A DNA stretch of 48,188 nt from Candidatus Heimdallarchaeota archaeon (GCA_030611665.1 JAUWPI010000002.1:1-48188); one strand, 5' to 3'; numbered from the stretch's first letter, positions 26,227 to 36,095 are shown. The notes: a model not told the origin generated them from the sequence alone. Made by a program: numbers and translations.

Positions 26227-28089
26227 ATGACTCGTATAGCTGTAATTAACCAGGATAAATGTAGACCGGATAAATGTGGTCAAGTTTGTTACAAATATTG
26301 TCCTTCAGTAAGGGCAGGTAAGGAAACTATAACATTTGACCCTCCGAGTAATAAAGCGGTTATTCATGAATCTTTATGCTCTGGAATTGCTATATGTGTG
26401 AAAAAGTGCCCATTTCACTGTATCACTATAGTAAACTTGCCTGAGGATTTTGATAAGGAAGTTACACACAGATACAGTATAAATGGTTTTAAACTACATC
26501 GATTGCCTATGCCAAAAATTGGTCAAGTTATAGGTTTAGTTGGACAAAATGGTTCTGGAAAATCAACAACTTTGAATATTTTACAGGGTACCCTTAAACC
26601 AAATCTAGGAAGGTTTGATAATCCTCCTGAATGGGATGATATTATAGAAAACTACAGAGGAACTGAGATTCAGTCTTATTTCCAAAAACTTGCGGATAAA
26701 GAATTGAAAACTATACTGAAGCCTCAAAATGTGGATAAATTACCCCGTGTTGTAAAAGGAAATGTCTCAGATTTAATTAAAAAAGTAGACGAAAAAGGAA
26801 TTCAAGATGAAGTTAAAGAAATTTTTTCTTTAAGTAAGGTTTGGAATAGAGATATCTCAAAATTAAGTGGTGGAGAGCTTCAAAGAATGGCTATTGCGGC
26901 TAGTATTGTACAAGAAGCAGACGTTTACCTCTTTGATGAACCAACCTCATATTTGGATGTTAAAGAAAGAGTCAAAATTTCACAATACATTAACGAGATG
27001 AAATCTCCAAAACAAACTTTGATTGTTGTAGAACACGATCTTGCTATGCTGGATTATTTGAGTGATCAAATCCACATGTATTATGGTGAGGCCGGTGCAT
27101 ACGGCATAGTTAGTCATCCCTATTCTGTAAGAGAAGGAATTAATATTTTCCTTGATGGATACATCCCCTCAGAAAATATGCGTTTTAGACCAGAACCAAT
27201 TATCTTCAAAAAAACATCATTTGAAGATAAATATACTTCGCATCGAATAGCTATAAAATATGGGGATATGACAATGGATTTTGATACTTTCAGCCTTTCA
27301 TCTAAAGGGGGAGAACTCTATAAAGGAGAAGTTATAGGCATCATTGGACCAAACGGCATTGGAAAAACAACCTTTGTAAAAATGTTAGCAGGTGAGCTAG
27401 AACCCACAACAATCTCTGAACCCTTAGAATTGCTTGTTCAAACTTCTACTACGGAAGAAGATAAATCTGAAATTTCTCTAGGAATTAGAAATGAACATAG
27501 AGAGAAATTAACTGTTAGCTATAAACCCCAATATCTATACACAGAATCTGAAAAAACTGTCGAAGAATACATGCGTGAAATCAATCCAGTAATGTTAACA
27601 AGTGGGTGGCATAAGTCAGAAATAGTAAACCCATTAAAATTTGCAAAACTACTTGATTCTCAATTGTGCGAACTTTCAGGAGGAGAATTACAGAAAGTCA
27701 GTATTGCAGCATGTTTAGGAAATTCGAAAGCAAATTTATTTTTATTAGATGAGCCCAGTGCATATATTTCATCTGAAGACAGAGTAAATGTTGCAAAAGT
27801 TATTAAAAGAGTTGTAAGTCATTACGGAATGCCTGCTCTGGTAGTTGAGCATGATGTAATGATGTTAAATTTTGCTTCTGACAGATTAATTGTTTTCGAT
27901 GGAAAACCAGGCGAAATAGGAAAAAGTGGCAGAATTGGTTCCCTTCAATTGGGCATGAATGATTTTTTAAGAAAAATGAATATAACATTTAGACAAGATC
28001 CCAGAACTCTCAGACCTAGAGTAAATAAGAAAGATTCACAATTAGATAAAAAACAAAAAGCAGAAGGAAAATATTTTGTTGCCGCCTAA
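26227..28089 (+). CDS. abce1: ABCE1 (RNase L inhibitor homolog), ribosome recycling ATPase
   Basis: N-terminal Fe-S domain (CRPDKCGQVCYKYCP, CSGIAICVKKCP). Two ABC modules are present (GLVGQNGSGKST / LSGGELQR / LFDEP and GIIGPNGIGKTT / LSGGELQK / LLDEPS). Confidence 0.95.
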   Translation: MTRIAVINQDKCRPDKCGQVCYKYCPSVRAGKETITFDPPSNKAVIHESLCSGIAICVKKCPFHCITIVNLPEDFDKEVTHRYSINGFKLHRLPMPKIGQVIGLVGQNGSGKSTTLNILQGTLKPNLGRFDNPPEWDDIIENYRGTEIQSYFQKLADKELKTILKPQNVDKLPRVVKGNVSDLIKKVDEKGIQDEVKEIFSLSKVWNRDISKLSGGELQRMAIAASIVQEADVYLFDEPTSYLDVKERVKISQYINEMKSPKQTLIVVEHDLAMLDYLSDQIHMYYGEAGAYGIVSHPYSVREGINIFLDGYIPSENMRFRPEPIIFKKTSFEDKYTSHRIAIKYGDMTMDFDTFSLSSKGGELYKGEVIGIIGPNGIGKTTFVKMLAGELEPTTISEPLELLVQTSTTEEDKSEISLGIRNEHREKLTVSYKPQYLYTESEKTVEEYMREINPVMLTSGWHKSEIVNPLKFAKLLDSQLCELSGGELQKVSIAACLGNSKANLFLLDEPSAYISSEDRVNVAKVIKRVVSHYGMPALVVEHDVMMLNFASDRLIVFDGKPGEIGKSGRIGSLQLGMNDFLRKMNITFRQDPRTLRPRVNKKDSQLDKKQKAEGKYFVAA

Positions 28090-28101
28090 CTAGTTGAAAT
28101 A

Positions 28102-28983
28102 TTAAGGGGTTTTTACAGTAATTTTCAGTTTCTCTTCTTTTTTCATGGATTCTAATTTTCCTTTTTTGATTTTCCCTTCCATAATTGATCTGGAGATAAG
28201 TAAAGTAATTTTTCTTTTTATGAATCTGAATCTAGTTGTAATCCAAATAAGTGGAATGAAAAACCAAGGTTGTATAAGATTTTCCTTCGGTTTTATTACA
28301 AGCCTAGCTATTTTTTCAGCTAGTCTTGACACTGAATAACTTTGGTATGAAGAATCATCCAAACCTGCCACTTTATGAAACTCTGTACCATAAGGCCCAG
28401 GAAAAACTGTTGATACTTTTATCCCATACGCTTTTACTTCTTCTCTGATACAATCACTAAATGTTTTAACAGCAGATTTTGTAGCGCAGTATACAGCAAA
28501 GGGATACACTGGTAGAAGTGCTAGGGAGGAAGAAAGATTGATTATATGGCCATCATTCTGTTCTTTCATTATTGGTATCACTAATTTAGACATTTTTACT
28601 AAACCTAGAATATTCGTTTCAATGAGCTCATCTATTTCGGAGATTGGTTGTTCTAAGAAAAGATTAGCCTTACCTAAGCCAGCGTTGTTAATCAAAACAT
28701 CAATTCTACCAAAATTCTTCAATGAAAGCTCGATTATTCTAGCTCGATCATCTCTAGTTCTAATATCGCCAATAATTGGTAAAACTATGATTTTCAATTT
28801 TCGTAACTGCCGAGTAGTTTGCATTAATTTCTTTTCTCTTCTAGCCACGATAACTAACTTTGTACCATAGTTTGCTAATGCTAAAGCAACGTTCTTTCCA
28901 ATTCCTGAGGATGCTCCAGTTATCAATACAACTTTTCCATCTTCAAAAAAAGAATGGTTCTTGTAACCTTTCTTCTTACTCAT
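28102..28983 (-). CDS. Short-chain dehydrogenase/reductase (SDR) with a hydrophobic C-terminal segment
   Basis: TGASSGIG, NNAG and the YCATKSA catalytic motif. Confidence 0.85.
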   Translation of the reverse strand: MSKKKGYKNHSFFEDGKVVLITGASSGIGKNVALALANYGTKLVIVARREKKLMQTTRQLRKLKIIVLPIIGDIRTRDDRARIIELSLKNFGRIDVLINNAGLGKANLFLEQPISEIDELIETNILGLVKMSKLVIPIMKEQNDGHIINLSSSLALLPVYPFAVYCATKSAVKTFSDCIREEVKAYGIKVSTVFPGPYGTEFHKVAGLDDSSYQSYSVSRLAEKIARLVIKPKENLIQPWFFIPLIWITTRFRFIKRKITLLISRSIMEGKIKKGKLESMKKEEKLKITVKTP

Positions 28984-29057
28984 ATAATCGAACTATTTTC
29001 TAAAACATTGTATAAAAACACAAAAATAAAAAAAGAATAGATAATAACGAGAGGAAT

Positions 29058-29483
29058 TTAATCTTTTAATGATTCGAACCATTCAGGTAATCTAATATCG
29101 CTCAATGGAACACTATCACCTGGAAGATAAGGTTTGATATCTAAAACAGGTGTATCATCCAAAGCATCAATTCTATCAATGTATAATCTATTATTTTCCA
29201 CCTTCAGGAGTTTTACCTTTGTAAGTCCAATTGGATTGGGTCTTGAAGGACTTCTGGATGAAAAAACGCCTGTTTCTACGGGATTACTCAGTCTAGGTGG
29301 CGTCACTAACAGTGTTGCTCTATCTTTAGGGGTGTCTCTCATTGAAATCCACCACATTACAATGATGTGCCCAAATTTCTCTATGTGTTGCAAACCTAAT
29401 GTGTAGGGGGCACAAATTTCAATGTAACAAGAATCTTGTTCGATTTTTACTTCTCCTATCTGATATACATTAAAAGAACTCAT
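29058..29483 (-). CDS. trmO: TsaA/TrmO-like tRNA methyltransferase (YaeB/UPF0066 family)
   Basis: SRSPSRPNPIGLTKVKLLKVENNRLYIDRIDALDDTPVLDIKPY is the family signature. I prefer the ATG at 29483. Confidence 0.8.
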   Translation of the reverse strand: MSSFNVYQIGEVKIEQDSCYIEICAPYTLGLQHIEKFGHIIVMWWISMRDTPKDRATLLVTPPRLSNPVETGVFSSRSPSRPNPIGLTKVKLLKVENNRLYIDRIDALDDTPVLDIKPYLPGDSVPLSDIRLPEWFESLKD

Positions 29484-29524
29484 AATTATCAAATAACAAG
29501 AAGAACAATATCATTTGAACTTTT

Positions 29525-29674
29525 CTAGGTGTTTATATCTATATTCGAGAGGATTTCTTTAGCTTTAAAATCAGTAAGAAGATCCGGATAATATTCTCCA
29601 TAAATAGCTCTGCCCCATAAAGGAAAGATCATTGTTTCGATGATTTCATTGTCAGGTTTAGTTAAATTACCCAT
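29525..29674 (-). pseudogene. 49-aa ORF resembling only the N-terminus of a class I SAM-dependent O-methyltransferase (LCMT/TcmP-like); possible gene remnant
   Basis: Hand translation gives MGNLTKPDNEIIETMIFPLWGRAIYGEYYPDLLTDFKAKEILSNIDINT*. The ET..(F/I)PLW(G/A)RA...D..A motif is the usual start of that family. The ORF ends long before any SAM-binding motif. Confidence 0.3.
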
Positions 29675-29804
29675 CTACTAATCATTTTCTCTAATATTAT
29701 TAGATTTTTCGGAAAAAGGAACTAAATCATAACTTTTAAAATTGGAACGAAAAATGTGAGATTAACTGACGAGATGTCCACCCGGGAATCGTTAGGTGAT
29801 TAAA

Positions 29805-30434
29805 ATGACTAAAAGTATGTATAGGTATATCGGAGATTTTTGGAAAAATCGCAATTCTCCTGAATTCAAAGATCTTATGCGCCAAAGGATTATTCAATGG
29901 CGAAGAGAGGGGGCTACTGAGCGTGTTGAGAAACCCACAAGACTGGACAGGGCTAGAGCTTTGGGCTATAAAGCTAAACAAGGTTATATTGTTGTTCGAG
30001 CTCGTGTTAGAAGAGGAGGAAGAAGAAAACAACGACCAGTCAGAGGAAGAAAATCTCGAAACATGGGTGTAAACAAAATCACTCCAAAGAAGAGCATCAA
30101 AGTTATTGCTGAAGAAAGAGTAGGTAGAAGATATAGCAACTTAGAAGTCTTAAATTCTTACTGGGTAGGTCAAGATGGAAAGCACAAATTCTTTGAAATT
30201 ATCTTGATAGATCCACAGCATCCAGTAATTGCAAAAGATCCCAGAACAAGCTGGATTTCATTAAAAGAGCTTCGTGGAGATGATGTTTTCTACATCAAAA
30301 ATCCAGTACATAGAGGAAGGGTTCATAGAGGTTTAACAAGTGCTGCTAAAAAATCTCGTGGTCTTCGTAATAAGGGATACGGTGCAGAGAAGATTAGACC
30401 ATCATTACGTGCTCATGGAAGAGGAGGAAATTAA
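29805..30434 (+). CDS. rpl15e: Ribosomal protein eL15 (L15e)
   Basis: [11 protein letters not shown]...QRIIQWRRE...[23 protein letters not shown] at 29805. Confidence 0.95.
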   Translation: MTKSMYRYIGDFWKNRNSPEFKDLMRQRIIQWRREGATERVEKPTRLDRARALGYKAKQGYIVVRARVRRGGRRKQRPVRGRKSRNMGVNKITPKKSIKVIAEERVGRRYSNLEVLNSYWVGQDGKHKFFEIILIDPQHPVIAKDPRTSWISLKELRGDDVFYIKNPVHRGRVHRGLTSAAKKSRGLRNKGYGAEKIRPSLRAHGRGGN

Positions 30435-30527
30435 CCTCATTTTTCTTTATTTTTCAACATAACTGTACTTGTTCACTATGCAAATATTCATTTTTGTAAA
30501 GAGAATTTCTTTGTTTACTGAAGAGAA

Positions 30528-30980
30528 ATGGAAATCATAGCTAGCAAACTCACTTTTAGTTTTTCAGTTCATGTAACTGAAGTTATGGAAAAAAACATGA
30601 CTGCATTATCAAATCTTACTAAAGGAATTAACCAAGATCATGTAATAATTACTGAATCCTTATTAGAGGGGGGTTATGGTAACCCTATCAAGTTTATTGA
30701 AGCATCTTTCACCAAAACTACAACTGTTAATAAAATAATTAAATATATATCTTCAAGATTGTCAGATGAGGACAAAGAATATTTAGGTTCTGAGTTCGAA
30801 AACAGATTTGATTCCAAAAGAAGTACCTTTTTCTTGAGATTTGATAAAAATGCCATCTATGCTGATAAGCTGCTTATTACAGATTCCTCAAATATAATAA
30901 AACTAGCAATAAAATTAAGAGCGTTTACCAAGCAAGCTAATTACAAATCTTTTCTAATAGAAAGTGGTATAATCATATAA
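30528..30980 (+). CDS. Possible DUF54/UPF0201 (COG1931) RNA-binding protein
   Basis: About 150 aa. SVHVTEVMEKNMTALSNL resembles the family's v.pTEd.eKv..Al.nl start. The gene follows rpl15e, as the conserved archaeal pairing of L15e with COG1931 does (neighbourhood recalled from memory). Confidence 0.4.
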   Translation: MEIIASKLTFSFSVHVTEVMEKNMTALSNLTKGINQDHVIITESLLEGGYGNPIKFIEASFTKTTTVNKIIKYISSRLSDEDKEYLGSEFENRFDSKRSTFFLRFDKNAIYADKLLITDSSNIIKLAIKLRAFTKQANYKSFLIESGIII

Positions 30981-31144
30981 AATAAGGTTAGAGCACTTCA
31001 TTATCAAAATACAGAATCTTTTTAAATGTGGTAGAGGAAGAGACATAGGCACTGAGGAATTAGGATGGATCGCGAAATTCGCTAAAATAAAACATTTTTT
31101 GAATAACCTCCGTAGCGTGCCGTATAGAGTTTCTAACAAATATT

Positions 31145-34100
31145 TTGGAGAAGATTACTTTGAATAAGAAGAAACACGTTTTCGAAACCGTAAAAACAAC
31201 ACCCTCGTTTCCTGAAGAGGAAGAAAAAATCCTAGAGTTTTGGGAAAAAAGTGATGTTTTCAACAAAGTGAGAGAAAGTAAAAAAGGTAAAAAGTTATAC
31301 AGGTGGCTAGAAGGTCCACCAACCGCAAACGGTTTACCTCATGCAGGACATGCTCTTACAAGAGCAACAAAAGATGTATTTTTGAGATACAAACTCATGC
31401 ACGATTTTGATATTCAACCATACATTGCAGGTTGGGATTGTCACGGTCTTCCAGTTGAATTACAGGTTGAGAAGGAACTTGGTTTTACAGCTAAGTCTGA
31501 CATTGAAGAGTATGGAATGAGAAACTTCAATGAAGCGTGTAGGAAATCAGTCTTCAAATATGTTAAAGAATGGCACGATATGTCAGTAAGAATAGGATTC
31601 TGGTTAGATTTAGATAATCCATATATCACCATGGATGAAAACTACATAGAGAGTGTATGGTGGTCATTAAAAGAGATATATAACAAAGGTTTGATGTATC
31701 TTGGTTACAAAGTTGTTCCATATTGTCCCAGATGTGGTACTCCACTATCTTCTCATGAAGTAGGACAAGGTATGAAAGAAACAACTGATCCTTCAATATT
31801 CATAAAATTCAAATCACTTGATTTCGATGACACATACTATCTTGCGTGGACCACAACACCTTGGACTTTGATATCAAATATCTGTTTGACAGTGCATCCA
31901 GATATAGATTATGTTCAAATAGAACATGAAGGAGAAAAATTCATACTTGCTAAAAAAAATGCTGAAAATCTATTCGAAGATTACAAAGTTCTTAAGAAAT
32001 TTAAAGGAAAAGACTTAGAAAGAAAAAAGTACGAACAATTATTTCCTTTCATTGTACCGGAAGAAGAAGCGTTTTTTGTAGCTCTAGCGGACTATGTTAC
32101 AACAGAAGATGGTACCGGCATAGTTCATTCTGCACCAGCTTTTGGAGAGGATGATTCAATAACAGGAAAGAAATATGGACTGCCCTTGATGAATCCTGTA
32201 CTAGAGGATGGTACTTTCTCTGATGAAATAACTGATTTTGCAGGCTTATTCGTCAAAAACGCTGATCCAAAAATCATAAGGAATCTAAAAGATAGAGGGT
32301 TACTCTTAAAGCAGGGAATTTACAAACATACATATCCATTTTGCTATCGCTGTGATGGACCATTGCTATATTATTCCACTGAAACATGGTACATTAAAAT
32401 GTCTGAAATGAGAGAGAAGTTAGTTGCAAATAACGAACAAATACGTTGGCAACCTGCTCATTTGAAAGAAGGTAGATTTGGGAATTTCATACGAGAAGCA
32501 AGAGATTGGGCATTATCCCGCAATCGATTTTGGGGAGCACCTCTGCCAATATGGACATGCCTGAATGATCATCATACAATATTAGGAAGTCGAAAGGAAC
32601 TTGAAGATCTTTCCGGGAAACCATTACCCGAAGGCTTCAGTTTGCATCGTCCATGGGTAGATGAAGTAACTTTCGAATGTCCAGAATGCAAGGAAGTAGC
32701 TAGAAGAGTTCCATATGTAATAGATGCTTGGTATGAATCTGGGTGCGCGCCTTTTGCACAATATCATTATCCATTTGAGAACAAAGAGTTATTTGAAAAG
32801 CACTTTCCATTTGACTTTATCACTGAAGCTATAGATCAAACTAGAGGGTGGTTTTACACACTATTAGCAATAAGTACAGTTCTATTTGATAAACCAGCTT
32901 TCTTGAATTGTTTAACTATGGGATTAACTTTGGATGGTAGTGGCAGAAAAATGAGTAAGAGTAAAGGCAATGTCATCTTTTCTCATGACATTATAGACCA
33001 ATTTGGAGCTGATGCTGTTAGATGGTATCTATTTTCAAATCCTACATGGTCAAGTGTTATATTAGAACCAAGCCACATAGGTGATTCTATGAAGAAACTA
33101 ATACTAACGCTTTGGAACAGTTATAGTTTCTTTGTTTCTAATGCAAATGTTGATCAGTTTGACTTAGTTACCTTTTCTGTTCCATTAAAGGAAAGACCAG
33201 AGCTCGATCGATGGATGATAAGTGAGTTGAATTACCTAATAAAAACAGTAGAGGAAAATATGGAAGATTTAGTAGTTCATCAATCTGTACAAGTATTCGA
33301 GAAATTTGTTCTAGATAAATTTAGCAACTGGTATCTTCGCCAATCAAGAAGAAGGTTCTGGAAAACTGAGTTAGATCAAGACAAAAAATCAGCTTATATC
33401 ACAACTTATGAAGTGCTCAAAACTTTAACAAAATTACTAGCACCGTTTATACCATTCTTAACGGAGACATTATACAAGAATCTTGTCAAATCCTTAGATA
33501 AGGAAGCACCAATAAGTGTGCACATGTGCTTATTTCCAAAATCTAACGAAAAACAAGTTGATTCACAACTTTCAGAAGAAATGAACAAGGTAATAGGTTT
33601 AGTTACTGCAGGACGAAGTATACGCTCTTCAGCTAATATAAAATTGAGACAGCCTCTTTCTGAACTAATAGTTATAACACCTCTGGGCAAGGAGGAGCTA
33701 ATCTTGAAGTATGAAGATTTGTTCAAAGATGAACTCAATGTGAAAAAAGTAGTTCTTCAAGAGAGCTCAGATAAATTGGTTAACTACGTTATTAAACCTA
33801 ATTTCAAAATTTTAGCTCCTAAAGTAAAATCTGTAGTTAATGACATAAGAGTAAAACTAGAAAATCTTAAACCAAAAGAAGCAAATGAATTTGTAAAAAA
33901 ACTCATTTCAGGAGAAACTATACTTCTTAAATTAGAGAAAGAAGAGTATGAACTAATGCCTGAAGACTTAGAATACAGAATAGACGTACAAGAAGGTTTT
34001 GCTGGTGAGGAGGCTGAAGGCTATCTATTGCTGTTTAATTCAACCATAACTGAAGAACTTAAACAAGAAGGCTACGTGAGAGACATAATAAGAAGAGTTC

Positions 34101-34318
34101 AAACAATGAGAAAAGAACTTGATTTAGAGTATACACAAAAAATACTATTAACCATAAAAACTGATGAATTTGGCTCGAAAGCTCTTGAAAGGTTTATAGA
34201 ATACATAAAGGAAGAGACCTTAAGTTCAGAACTCAATTTATCTATGCCTAAAGATGGTCACATCAAAGAATGGGAATTTGACGGTTTTAAAATTACAATT
34301 GGACTCGTTCCAATTTAA
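31145..34318 (+). CDS. ileS: Isoleucyl-tRNA synthetase
   Basis: PPTANGLPHAGH (HIGH), KMSKSKGN (KMSKS), a CP1 editing insertion, Zn-type Cys pairs and a length of 1057 aa. The apparent start is TTG. Confidence 0.95.
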   Translation: MEKITLNKKKHVFETVKTTPSFPEEEEKILEFWEKSDVFNKVRESKKGKKLYRWLEGPPTANGLPHAGHALTRATKDVFLRYKLMHDFDIQPYIAGWDCHGLPVELQVEKELGFTAKSDIEEYGMRNFNEACRKSVFKYVKEWHDMSVRIGFWLDLDNPYITMDENYIESVWWSLKEIYNKGLMYLGYKVVPYCPRCGTPLSSHEVGQGMKETTDPSIFIKFKSLDFDDTYYLAWTTTPWTLISNICLTVHPDIDYVQIEHEGEKFILAKKNAENLFEDYKVLKKFKGKDLERKKYEQLFPFIVPEEEAFFVALADYVTTEDGTGIVHSAPAFGEDDSITGKKYGLPLMNPVLEDGTFSDEITDFAGLFVKNADPKIIRNLKDRGLLLKQGIYKHTYPFCYRCDGPLLYYSTETWYIKMSEMREKLVANNEQIRWQPAHLKEGRFGNFIREARDWALSRNRFWGAPLPIWTCLNDHHTILGSRKELEDLSGKPLPEGFSLHRPWVDEVTFECPECKEVARRVPYVIDAWYESGCAPFAQYHYPFENKELFEKHFPFDFITEAIDQTRGWFYTLLAISTVLFDKPAFLNCLTMGLTLDGSGRKMSKSKGNVIFSHDIIDQFGADAVRWYLFSNPTWSSVILEPSHIGDSMKKLILTLWNSYSFFVSNANVDQFDLVTFSVPLKERPELDRWMISELNYLIKTVEENMEDLVVHQSVQVFEKFVLDKFSNWYLRQSRRRFWKTELDQDKKSAYITTYEVLKTLTKLLAPFIPFLTETLYKNLVKSLDKEAPISVHMCLFPKSNEKQVDSQLSEEMNKVIGLVTAGRSIRSSANIKLRQPLSELIVITPLGKEELILKYEDLFKDELNVKKVVLQESSDKLVNYVIKPNFKILAPKVKSVVNDIRVKLENLKPKEANEFVKKLISGETILLKLEKEEYELMPEDLEYRIDVQEGFAGEEAEGYLLLFNSTITEELKQEGYVRDIIRRVQTMRKELDLEYTQKILLTIKTDEFGSKALERFIEYIKEETLSSELNLSMPKDGHIKEWEFDGFKITIGLVPI

Positions 34319-34377
34319 TTCTTTATGTTTCCAACTCTCATAGAGGAATAGATAAAAGAAAGCATGATAATTTACCT

Positions 34378-34441
34378 TTGTGGCTGTGATTTAACCGTCC
34401 CAGACTGACAAATGATGTTCTCACGACTAAATGAGCCACAA
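34378..34441 (+). ncRNA. Candidate archaeal box C/D sRNA (2'-O-methylation guide)
   Basis: A terminal stem pairs tgtggc (34379-84) with gccaca (34435-40). Box C is GUGAUUU (34386-92). A 12-nt guide follows, then D' CUGA (34405-08), a 3-nt spacer, C' AUGAUGU (34412-18), a second 12-nt guide and D AUGA (34431-34). The G.A/A.G pairs are retained. The C-box pos6 G->U change is matched by the D-box pos1 C->A change, keeping a Watson-Crick pair. Confidence 0.6.
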
Positions 34442-34493
34442 TATTTTTACGATAATGTAAATCTTAATTAGCGTTTACGATTACACAATATTT

Positions 34494-36056
34494 GTGAGCG
34501 GAATAAATTCTAATGCGATAGAAATTATTTATCATCAACCAGGACACCTAAAGGGTGTCACAGTAATTCAAGTGATAGATGGTAAAATCTTCACAGGTGG
34601 CGGAGAAGGGAGGATCTGTATTTGGGATGAGAAGATAGAAAAAGAAATCGCTTGTATTTATGCTCACAATGCAGCAATTACTGATATTCAAAGGATTTCT
34701 GATACTAATTATTTCGTCACCACGTCACAGAATTTAGAAATCAATTTATGGTCTCTTAAAACTTTAGAATTGCTTCAATCAAAGAGAGCACATTCATCTA
34801 CTATTATTGGTGCAAAACCTTGGAGGAATTACATCATAAGTGCGAGTAGAGATCAGTTTCTCAAAAAATGGAAACTGGAAAATAATAAACTAATCGAGGT
34901 TGATAAGGTCAAAATTCCTGATTTGGAAAGATTCTTCATAGAAGATGACATTATAATCACAGCTCACAATGATGGTCTAATTTCAATATATGGGGCAGAG
35001 GATTTGGGGTTTGTAAAATATTTATCGATCAAACCTTCAGCAATAATAAAAGCTATAAAAAAGGCATCAAAAGATATAACTGAATTTCAAGGAAAAAATC
35101 CCAGGTATATTCTACAACAGTTTGCTAGACTAAATGGTATTCCTGTAACTATCTGCAAAGCTACAGAGGAGAGTATTATAATAGGTCATGTAGCAGGAAT
35201 GATTTCTACATGGGACAAACACAAGTATAAAAATACTGAAATTATTTTCCCCCATGGTAAAAACATAACAGGTGTAGAAATTAAGAATAATAGTATATAT
35301 TCCAGTTCAATGAGTTCTCATTTGAAAAAGAGTGATTTTAATTCTAAACGATTAATTGTACAAACCAAGATAGAACATAGACCTCTTTCACTTTCATTAT
35401 TACCATCTAAAAAAATTATAGTGGGATTAGAATCCGGAGAGATACATCTCTATGACGAATCTTTAAACTTAGTGAAGAAGAAGAACAATATTGTGCCAGT
35501 TTCTAGTCTTTGCATTATGCCTGAGAACGTTGTAGTTGCTTCCAGAGATGGTGAAATCGTTGTTTTAGACATTAATTCTCTTAAACAACTAAATACAAAA
35601 AAGCTATACAAAAAATCCATTCAGGGCATTTTCTACTATGATAATAGGTTAATCTGTATTGGAGACAATTCTACAATTCATATTCTCGATTCAGATTTGA
35701 ATGTTTTAAAAACCATCAAATTATCTGAAAAGCCAACTAAACTTTATCAGGTGAAAAGATACATAATATTAACTCCAAATCTTGTACTAGATTTACAAAA
35801 AGATGAAATCATCAAAGGAGAAATATCAAAAGAAACAGAAAATGAAGTATCTGAAACCAATCTTTTTCAAATAGACTTCTCTCACGGAGATTCTTCAATA
35901 TTCATACATAACAACAAGTTGGAAAACATCGATTATTCAGATAAGTATTCTTACTATCCAGCAGAAATTATCAAAGCTTTGAGAATACTAGTAGATTCTC
36001 AGAATAAAATGCAATACTCTAGGATAAATTCAGAGACTGTTTCATTTCAAATATAA
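34494..36056 (+). CDS. WD40-repeat beta-propeller protein
   Basis: Repeated units of about 40 aa with the H...I......-hydrophobic strand-..D..I..W pattern (GGGEGRICIWD, SQNLEINLWS, SRDQFLKKWK, HVAGMISTWD, LESGEIHLYD, SRDGEIVVLD). GTG start. Confidence 0.62.
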   Translation: MSGINSNAIEIIYHQPGHLKGVTVIQVIDGKIFTGGGEGRICIWDEKIEKEIACIYAHNAAITDIQRISDTNYFVTTSQNLEINLWSLKTLELLQSKRAHSSTIIGAKPWRNYIISASRDQFLKKWKLENNKLIEVDKVKIPDLERFFIEDDIIITAHNDGLISIYGAEDLGFVKYLSIKPSAIIKAIKKASKDITEFQGKNPRYILQQFARLNGIPVTICKATEESIIIGHVAGMISTWDKHKYKNTEIIFPHGKNITGVEIKNNSIYSSSMSSHLKKSDFNSKRLIVQTKIEHRPLSLSLLPSKKIIVGLESGEIHLYDESLNLVKKKNNIVPVSSLCIMPENVVVASRDGEIVVLDINSLKQLNTKKLYKKSIQGIFYYDNRLICIGDNSTIHILDSDLNVLKTIKLSEKPTKLYQVKRYIILTPNLVLDLQKDEIIKGEISKETENEVSETNLFQIDFSHGDSSIFIHNNKLENIDYSDKYSYYPAEIIKALRILVDSQNKMQYSRINSETVSFQI

Positions 36057-36095
36057 AGTGGAAAAAATAGGATTTCTCCTTACATTTAAGGCGTA

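Noticed and set aside
29736-30032. Ser-rich 98-aa minus-strand ORF
   Set aside because: It is antisense to the 5' end of rpl15e. The poly-Ser run mirrors the Arg/Gly-rich coding sequence of eL15.
30981-31144. The 164-nt leader upstream of ileS, examined for a structured RNA, C/D boxes or a small ORF
   Set aside because: No box C/D pairs with correct spacing were found. There is only a trivial short palindrome (gcgaa.ttcgc) whose loop is too small, and no convincing ORF. It is most likely just promoter and 5'UTR.
34364-34370. An alternative box C (AUGAUAA) just upstream of the C/D sRNA candidate
   Set aside because: It gives no 12-nt spacing to any CUGA and lies outside the terminal stem. 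The GUGAUUU/AUGA pairing inside the stem explains the structure much better.
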